A stretch of DNA of 64,000 nucleotides from the IMG/VR virus record IMGVR_UViG_3300031992_000072, positions 1 to 64,000 of that record; one strand, written 5' to 3'. Positions 57,740 to 64,000 of the stretch are shown here, piece by piece. A program made the translations under genes and the position numbers. The notes below the pieces were generated by a model, which did not search any database, was not told the origin of the DNA, and saw only the letters and a list, made by a program, of their open reading frames with translations. The stretch is from a virus (lineage: Duplodnaviria; Caudoviricetes). Position 1 is the first letter of the stretch. Every line of letters starts with the position of its first letter.

Positions 57740-58020
57740 GGCGTCTTTAAATAAACTGAGAGCTATAAGGTTGTTGCGCCTTAAAGCAACGTTGTTGTGG
57801 TAACGGCTCCCAAAAGCCGACAAACGGATAGTTCTATCAGCGCCTCTTACTAACGGACAACATCCAATTTTAGCGTTACGTAATGCGCACCTTGATAGTG
57901 CTGGGCATTCTTCGGATGTAAGTCCCAGCATTTTTGATGCAATCGTTCTTTCAGAACGTTTGTATAGATTAGCCTTGCGCTCTTTGTCTTCCCCCATCGA
58001 ACGCAAAGCAAAGGGAGAGT
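57740..58020 (+). ncRNA. structured intergenic element between portal and scaffold genes
   Basis: ~280 nt with stacked hairpins (gctgggc..cccagc, ggctc..gagcc-like, ctttg..caaag). Confidence 0.35.
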
Positions 58021-58024
58021 GCTT

Positions 58025-59269
58025 ATGAGCAAAATTACTTTTGCTTCTGTTATCTCCGAAATCCAACAGTCTGATGTTTTCATGACTGTGAAAGCTCGCA
58101 TCTGCGAAGCTCCTGAGGCTAATCTTAACGGAGCAAGAGTTACCGAAGCTTTCATTGATGAAATTGTAGGTAATGAAGCGCGGTATGTCGGGCTGCCGCT
58201 GTATGCTGATAAAAAAGCTTTAATTGGCGGCAACTACAATCGCCTTGGTCATCTGTATGACACAAAAACAGGCGAATTTCATTCTACGCAAATCGGATCG
58301 TTTTATAAGTTTGAAAAACAAACCAATGGAGACACATGCTATCTTGTTGGATATGCACGTATTCCAAAGCGCAATAAAAAACTTAGCAAAGCTATTTCTG
58401 AACTTTTTGCAGATGGAGCTTTGAAATTTTCATTTGAGCTTTCTGTTGGTGAGTATGAAGAACTTGATGATGAAACAATCCTGATCGATGCGTCTGAAAA
58501 CAATTATTTGGAAGGCACAGCCATTGTGACCTATCCCGCCTGCGAAGATGCTGTGGCACTTGAACTGGTGGCACAGAAAGCAGATGAGACCAGAAAGGGT
58601 GATGAGGAAATGGCAGAAGTCGAAAACAAGGCTGAAGTTGTTGAAACAGAAGCCGCTCAGCCTGAACTGGCTGAAGAAGAAAAGGAAGTTTCTGAAGAAA
58701 CTGAAGAAGTCGAAGCGGCCTGCAAAGATAAAAAAGAAAAGGCCGAAGAAGAAACCGCCGCTGTTGTAACTCATGAATACCATGAAGAACGTCATACAAG
58801 CATGGCATATGATACAGAGACTGGCAAAGAAGTAAGCCAGACTGTAACAATTGAAACTGTCAGCAATAACGTTCAGGAAGGTACTCTTGTAGAATCTGCG
58901 GATGGCGTTCATGTTGCTGAGGAAGTTGTTGCTGAAGATGAAACTCCTTCTTCTGATCCGCCTGCTGATGACAGCACGGATTCCAATGATGGAGACGATT
59001 CCGGCGACGACGAAGAAGAAGATCCGGTTCCGGAGGAAACGGATCAGGACAGTTACGAGCCTCGCAAAAAGAAAACTGCTGAACAGATGATTTCAGATCT
59101 TATTGAAGTTGTTGCTGAATTAAAATCTGAAATTGAAGATCTTAAAAAGCAGAAAGAACAAAAACAAGTAACTGCAGAAATTAACCCCTTTATGAGCGAT
59201 ATCAACGCTAAGGGCAAGTACACATTACTTGAATCGGATACCGCTCCTTCGCAATACACGCTGCTTTAA
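58025..59269 (+). CDS. prohead protease/scaffold protein
   Basis: N-terminal protease-like domain (LGH, FSFELS, LEGTAIVTYPA) followed by a very acidic scaffold region. Confidence 0.72.
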   Translation: MSKITFASVISEIQQSDVFMTVKARICEAPEANLNGARVTEAFIDEIVGNEARYVGLPLYADKKALIGGNYNRLGHLYDTKTGEFHSTQIGSFYKFEKQTNGDTCYLVGYARIPKRNKKLSKAISELFADGALKFSFELSVGEYEELDDETILIDASENNYLEGTAIVTYPACEDAVALELVAQKADETRKGDEEMAEVENKAEVVETEAAQPELAEEEKEVSEETEEVEAACKDKKEKAEEETAAVVTHEYHEERHTSMAYDTETGKEVSQTVTIETVSNNVQEGTLVESADGVHVAEEVVAEDETPSSDPPADDSTDSNDGDDSGDDEEEDPVPEETDQDSYEPRKKKTAEQMISDLIEVVAELKSEIEDLKKQKEQKQVTAEINPFMSDINAKGKYTLLESDTAPSQYTLL

Positions 59270-59303
59270 GCGTGTTAATTTTTTATGAAAGGACTGAATA
59301 GCT

Positions 59304-59735
59304 ATGGCTGGCTATATGACAAAGCTTCAGGGCTATGTATACGAAGGCGAGCTTGTTAATGGTGCTTCCGCTGCTGTTGAGAACGGTATTCTGATGGTTC
59401 AGGGTACGAGCACGGACGCTGGTAAGCTGAAGCTGATTGGCAGTGCTGATACTACTACTAAGCTCCTGTGCAAGGAAGTTACAACTATTTATGATGGTGT
59501 TACTGCGTATCGTTTTGTTGTTAATAAGCTGAATGCCAATTATTATTTTGTTGAAAATGGCTTTGATATTAACGACAATGCTGCTTATGATAAGCGGACT
59601 TATACTACCCCTGTCGGCGCTGAGCTGCGTGCTCATCCGCTGCTGGTTGGTGAAGAATTTGTGACCGATAAAGTGACCGGGACTATCGCTGCCGGAACCG
59701 AGTACGGCGTGAAGACCGATGGCACTATCGGTTAA
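59304..59735 (+). CDS. head decoration/capsid-associated protein
   Basis: 143 aa directly before the capsid gene, highly expressed codon bias. Confidence 0.6.
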   Translation: MAGYMTKLQGYVYEGELVNGASAAVENGILMVQGTSTDAGKLKLIGSADTTTKLLCKEVTTIYDGVTAYRFVVNKLNANYYFVENGFDINDNAAYDKRTYTTPVGAELRAHPLLVGEEFVTDKVTGTIAAGTEYGVKTDGTIG

Positions 59736-59750
59736 TGGGAGGTGCCGAAA

Positions 59751-60755
59751 ATGAGTGAAATTAACGTTTCCCGCGATAGCAAGCTCATCAAGGTGCTTGC
59801 CGCACAGGTCAACAATCAACGTGTTGACTCTGACAAGTCCGAAGAAGCTGCTCAGATTATCTCTGAACTGGCTCAGGATATGAATCCCCAGAACATGCAT
59901 CAGATTGCTCAGATTGTTGGCTATACTGTTGATGAACTGCAGCAGAAATCTCTTGATTTCCTGAATCTGGTTGCTGATATCAAGAACATTGGCTATGGCG
60001 ACAAGGCTGCGTTTAAAGTACGCACTGGCGGCATTAAGGCTGTGTTCCAGGCTAAAGGTGCTACTGCGCCTCGTAGCTACGTGGCTGACAGCCAGATCCT
60101 GGTTGAAACCCGGGAAATCGCGGCTCGTCCTGCCATTAACATTGTTGATCTGCGTACCAATCGTGTGCAGATGTCCGAACTGATCCGTCTTGCGAATGAA
60201 GCGATTACTCTGAAGAAGATTGCTCTGGTTGAAACTGTACTGCACGATTCTATCGATAACTACAGCTCTCCGTTCTATGCGGCTTCCGGCACGACTCCTC
60301 TGGTTATTGCTACTCTGGATGCTCAGCTGAATTACTTCCGTAGGCTTGGTCCTGTGACGCTGCTTGGCGACATCGCCGCTGTAAGTCAGCTGGCTGGTCA
60401 TACTGGTATGGCTGTCAGTGCTACTGGCAAGCAGTTCTCCGGAGATCTGATCAATGAAAACAATAATAATGGTTTCATCGGTCGTTATCGTGGCTGCGAC
60501 GTCATTGCTATGACAAACGCTTATGCCGAAGGTCAGACTGCTCATCCGATCCTGGCTGAAGACTGGATTTACATCATTCCCGGCGGTCAGAGCCCTGATA
60601 TGCGGAACCTCAAGATTGTTAACGAAGGCCCCGTTAACTCCATGGCTTCTCAGAACATTGACGACAGGACTTATGAAATCCTGCTCGATCAGTGGTTCGG
60701 TGTTGCTTTTGTGGTTGGAAAAAATCCGACCAGCGGTGCTCATTATATTGGATAA
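59751..60755 (+). CDS. major capsid protein
   Basis: 334 aa, position after scaffold/decoration genes, strong codon bias, terminator after. Confidence 0.8.
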   Translation: MSEINVSRDSKLIKVLAAQVNNQRVDSDKSEEAAQIISELAQDMNPQNMHQIAQIVGYTVDELQQKSLDFLNLVADIKNIGYGDKAAFKVRTGGIKAVFQAKGATAPRSYVADSQILVETREIAARPAINIVDLRTNRVQMSELIRLANEAITLKKIALVETVLHDSIDNYSSPFYAASGTTPLVIATLDAQLNYFRRLGPVTLLGDIAAVSQLAGHTGMAVSATGKQFSGDLINENNNNGFIGRYRGCDVIAMTNAYAEGQTAHPILAEDWIYIIPGGQSPDMRNLKIVNEGPVNSMASQNIDDRTYEILLDQWFGVAFVVGKNPTSGAHYIG

Positions 60756-60764
60756 TCAAACTAC

Positions 60765-60798
60765 GGGACGGCGGTTTCTTGCCGCCGTCCCTTTTTCT
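60765..60798 (+). terminator. intrinsic terminator after capsid gene
   Basis: gggacggcgg-tttctt-gccgccgtccc-ttttt. Confidence 0.85.
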
Positions 60799-60817
60799 AA
60801 GAAAGGTATGAAGGATT

Positions 60818-61267
60818 ATGGATGGAGATATGAAATACCGCGTCTATAACAGATGCAAATATGACATTGGTGTCAATTTATTATCTGGACAACAAGCTAA
60901 TATTGCAGCAGGCAATTTTATTATGCTGTCTGTAAATGACATTCTTTATATTGAAGGTCTGTCCAAAAGGAAAGTTTTCTCTGCCAAAATGCTGGTTCCG
61001 GTAGATGAAAACAACAATGACGTAGCTCTCGAAGATATTGGCGGATATCCGGATGCTTATGCAACACCTCATCTCAGTGACGAGGAAATTATTGATAAGC
61101 TTGGTAAATCGGCAAAAGCAATCGGGGCATGGCTTGATACGATTGAAGAACCGGAAGAGCTTCATGCAATTTATAAGGTTGCTAAAGAGTTGGATTTACC
61201 TGCCAGCAAATTAAAAATTCTTCAGGCAAAAATGCCAAATAAGGACATGCTCGAAGAAGATGAATAA
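60818..61267 (+). CDS. hypothetical structural-region protein
   Basis: AAGGA RBS. Confidence 0.7.
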   Translation: MDGDMKYRVYNRCKYDIGVNLLSGQQANIAAGNFIMLSVNDILYIEGLSKRKVFSAKMLVPVDENNNDVALEDIGGYPDAYATPHLSDEEIIDKLGKSAKAIGAWLDTIEEPEELHAIYKVAKELDLPASKLKILQAKMPNKDMLEEDE

Positions 61268-61278
61268 TACAGGAAGGA

Positions 61279-61722
61279 GTGATTGACATGTACAATATTG
61301 AAGAAGTCGCTAAAGAACTGAAGTTCGACAATGCATGGCGCAGTACTCCATATCCTGTCCCAGACAGCGATTATGTTAAAATTGTTGTATGGGCAATTAA
61401 AAAATTTTATGTGGATGTCAATCACCCGGACCAGTATGACCGAACTTTGTTTATAACTGACGAACAGAATATCCTGTACTATGACTATGACTTTGATATC
61501 CTTCAGGAAGAGTATATGTATATTTTATGTAAAATGCATTTTCTTAATCTTGTTTATAGCGAATTAGCCGGAGATGGAGCAGTAAGTTATACAACAAATG
61601 CTTTATCTGTTACTGGCGCTAAAGAAGGATATAAGTCTGTTCAACAGGAGCTTGATGCTCTCGAACAGGAACGGATTCGTGTTTTCCATAAAATGATGGC
61701 TCGTGATACGTCCGAGTCGTAA
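61279..61722 (+). CDS. putative head-tail adaptor
   Basis: position and size in the head-tail module. Confidence 0.55.
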   Translation: MIDMYNIEEVAKELKFDNAWRSTPYPVPDSDYVKIVVWAIKKFYVDVNHPDQYDRTLFITDEQNILYYDYDFDILQEEYMYILCKMHFLNLVYSELAGDGAVSYTTNALSVTGAKEGYKSVQQELDALEQERIRVFHKMMARDTSES

Positions 61723-61733
61723 GGGTGATGTAA

Positions 61734-62066
61734 ATGAGTGATTTTAAAGTGAAAATCTCATACAAAAACAAAGATATGGAAACCGTTGTTGAAAAAGAAT
61801 ATGACTTTTTAGATTACACAATGTTAATCAACCTTGATTTGAAAAAAATTTTAGGTCTTATTGAAAATTCGTTTTCTTATTTCAATGACGGTAAGCCAAA
61901 ACAAGAATGGTCGAAAGAATCGTTAGAACGCTTCAATGAAATTCGGCATAAACTTCTTGATCAGGCAAACGCTGTAAAAAGGCTACCGGAAACACTTTTT
62001 TATAAAGATGTTTCTGCAAACACTGTAAGTTTCAGCGAGTGTATCGCAAAAATTATAAATAAATAA
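61734..62066 (+). CDS. hypothetical protein
   Basis: 110-aa ORF in operon. Confidence 0.65.
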   Translation: MSDFKVKISYKNKDMETVVEKEYDFLDYTMLINLDLKKILGLIENSFSYFNDGKPKQEWSKESLERFNEIRHKLLDQANAVKRLPETLFYKDVSANTVSFSECIAKIINK

Positions 62067-62079
62067 AGAAGGTGAGCCA

Positions 62080-62868
62080 ATGTCTATTCCCTATGTACCG
62101 CAAGGTACAACTAAGCGGTTCAGGGTTCCTCGGACACTGGCTGCTGATTTTGATTCCTTTTTAAATATGGATATACCTAATACAGTAATGGATTTTGAGT
62201 TGGTTCGTAATTGGTATGACAAAAACAAAACAGAATATGAGCCAGCTTATGTTCGCGCAGAAATATATCCTGATGCAACTAAATCCAGATATGAAAATAC
62301 CGATAATAATATGAATATACGTTTTTCTTTAAAAGACGATATTCGTAAAGGCGATATGGTTATAGAACCGGATGGTACTATTTATATTCTGGACTGGGCA
62401 ATCCATAAAGAATCAAATAACGCTCCTTCACGGGCTTTAAGATGCAATATGATGCTTGAAGTGTATGAGTATCAAAACGCAACAGTAGACGAAGAAGGTT
62501 ATCTTGTAGATGACGAGGGATACGTAATCAGCGGTGAAAAATATTCAAAACATGCTGAAAACAATAAAAAGAACAATAAAAAGATTATTGTAAACAGTAT
62601 TCCTGCTAATGCATACAGGTATGACGGGCGTCCTGAATATGTTGCTGTTTCCGGAACTCCTGGTACAATTGCCGGAATATTAACATTAATGACAGTACAA
62701 TTTAATGCTCAAACAAAGAACATCCTTATTGGGAATTATTTTGATTGGGCTGACAATACGTATGAAATTGTAGATGTTAATGAAGTTGGTGTTGATATCA
62801 CTGGAGAATATGGAACACTGAAACTTCAAGCTAAAAGAGCGGCTGGTGGTTTACATGGCTACGAATAA
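62080..62868 (+). CDS. putative head closure/neck protein
   Basis: beta-rich ORF in head-tail position. Confidence 0.55.
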   Translation: MSIPYVPQGTTKRFRVPRTLAADFDSFLNMDIPNTVMDFELVRNWYDKNKTEYEPAYVRAEIYPDATKSRYENTDNNMNIRFSLKDDIRKGDMVIEPDGTIYILDWAIHKESNNAPSRALRCNMMLEVYEYQNATVDEEGYLVDDEGYVISGEKYSKHAENNKKNNKKIIVNSIPANAYRYDGRPEYVAVSGTPGTIAGILTLMTVQFNAQTKNILIGNYFDWADNTYEIVDVNEVGVDITGEYGTLKLQAKRAAGGLHGYE

Positions 62869-63364
62869 TATAGCAGATATTGTTATATCTTACGTTGATG
62901 TAGAACCAATAAACATAGCCATTAAAAGTCGGGCAGAAGCACTGGCTTCGCAAATGAACCCAGAAGCTGCAGAAGAGTTTGTGTCTGAAATGAGTGAATT
63001 AATCTGTGATGTTGAACAAAAAGGCGATTCAATTTCGTTTAAAATAAAAGCATCTGATGCTTATCTTCTCGAATATCTTAAGAACCATGGTACTCCTGTT
63101 CTGGGCGGCGACAATGGTATAGCACATAATGTAGATGGGTCTACATATAAAAGCCAAGTTCCTTCGCACCTATGGGGAACACCATTACCGGATCTTGAAC
63201 TTCCTACTTTAGCAGGAGAAGATGAGGCATATCATATTGCAGAAATAATGGCTCCAGACGCAACGCAAAATGCGGTAAGCGAAAGCAAATCAGAAATTGC
63301 AGAATTGGTTGTAAAACCATTTATAACGGAACAACTGCGGAATATAGGAGGTGATGATCCATGA
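62846..63364 (+). CDS. putative neck/tail completion protein
   Basis: position; start may be ATG at 62855. Confidence 0.5.
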   Translation: MVYMATNNIADIVISYVDVEPINIAIKSRAEALASQMNPEAAEEFVSEMSELICDVEQKGDSISFKIKASDAYLLEYLKNHGTPVLGGDNGIAHNVDGSTYKSQVPSHLWGTPLPDLELPTLAGEDEAYHIAEIMAPDATQNAVSESKSEIAELVVKPFITEQLRNIGGDDP

Positions 63365-63825
63365 TGGGCTGGATTAACGCATGGAATACCATTATTCGTA
63401 AAGTTATATGGCCCGACCATGAACTCAAAACCTTAATGAAGATGCCTCCTAAAACTGGTATTATTCAATTTGTTGAACGTTATTTTATTCAGGCTGGATA
63501 TTCTAACAAATTACTTACAGACGAAGCAGTACGTATAGTTTATTCAGATACACAAGGATATGAAACAGAAGTTCCTAATATTAAAAAGAACTTAATGATG
63601 TTTGATATTTATGTAAAAGATAGTGAAATGCGAAATATAGGCGATGATCGTCTTATAACTCGTGACCAGTTAATTGTTGAAAGACTATATAAGTTGTTAA
63701 CAAACGAACGTTATCTTCACGAAACAGGATATCGTTTCTGGATCGCAGGAGATTGGGACGGAGGAACAAGAGTTACAGGTTATCATCGTAAAACCATTGC
63801 GTTTTATTACATGAAAGTTTATTAA
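63361..63825 (+). CDS. putative tail terminator protein
   Basis: position before presumed tail tube gene. Confidence 0.5.
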   Translation: MMGWINAWNTIIRKVIWPDHELKTLMKMPPKTGIIQFVERYFIQAGYSNKLLTDEAVRIVYSDTQGYETEVPNIKKNLMMFDIYVKDSEMRNIGDDRLITRDQLIVERLYKLLTNERYLHETGYRFWIAGDWDGGTRVTGYHRKTIAFYYMKVY

Positions 63826-64000
63826 CAGTTATAACTGCCGCCATGATACAAGGTGGCTAATAAATATTGCATCAAAGGTTATCTGAAGGCCTCTTAATAA
63901 GTATAACCAACTGAAAGCTAAAGAGAGGGGAAGCTCAGAAGCTTGATGTTTGTTATAAATACACAAAGAAAGAGGTCATGTACTATGGCTACTTACATTC

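Noticed and set aside
59283-60743. 486-aa minus-strand ORF
   Set aside because: Antisense shadow of the decoration and capsid genes.
1-64000. Stop-codon reassignment suggested by the phage tRNAs
   Set aside because: Core genes are full-length in code 11 and no suppressor anticodon was found.
63978-64000. Start of the next gene (possibly tail tube, MATYI...)
   Set aside because: Truncated by the window edge; too short to call.

Overview
A 64-kb segment of a large tailed-phage genome with an SPbeta-like layout, probably infecting a Bacillota host (inference). Positions 1 to ~52.9 kb lie almost entirely on the minus strand. From the right, this arm holds a GC-richer early region (39.9-52.7 kb) of small terminator-bounded genes, RNase HI, a PcfJ-like protein and a 1083-aa DFDGD two-barrel RNA polymerase-like protein. 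Next come a 600-bp AT-rich gap (38.0-38.6 kb), an accessory region of small paralogous genes and tRNAs, a Ubl/E2-like/JAB/E1 operon followed by a retron-type reverse transcriptase, and a YonO-like RNA polymerase. The left end is a replication/recombination module: Sak/Rad52-like annealase, SSB, Twinkle/gp4-like primase-helicase, PD-(D/E)XK exonuclease, DUF932 and a DnaE split by a group I intron carrying a homing endonuclease. From ~53.1 kb a plus-strand morphogenesis operon runs through terminase, portal, scaffold/protease, capsid and head-tail genes. The most striking unexplained structure is at 31.6-33.75 kb: a RAMP/Cas7-like gene with a G-rich loop and a partner gene flank a ~700-bp non-coding array. 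The array has about eight tracts with strict 5-nt periodicity (constant AYA triplet plus variable NN on the coding strand), framed by long inverted-repeat stems, and looks like a non-CRISPR RNA-guided system. All product calls come from motif recognition by eye, without database searches.
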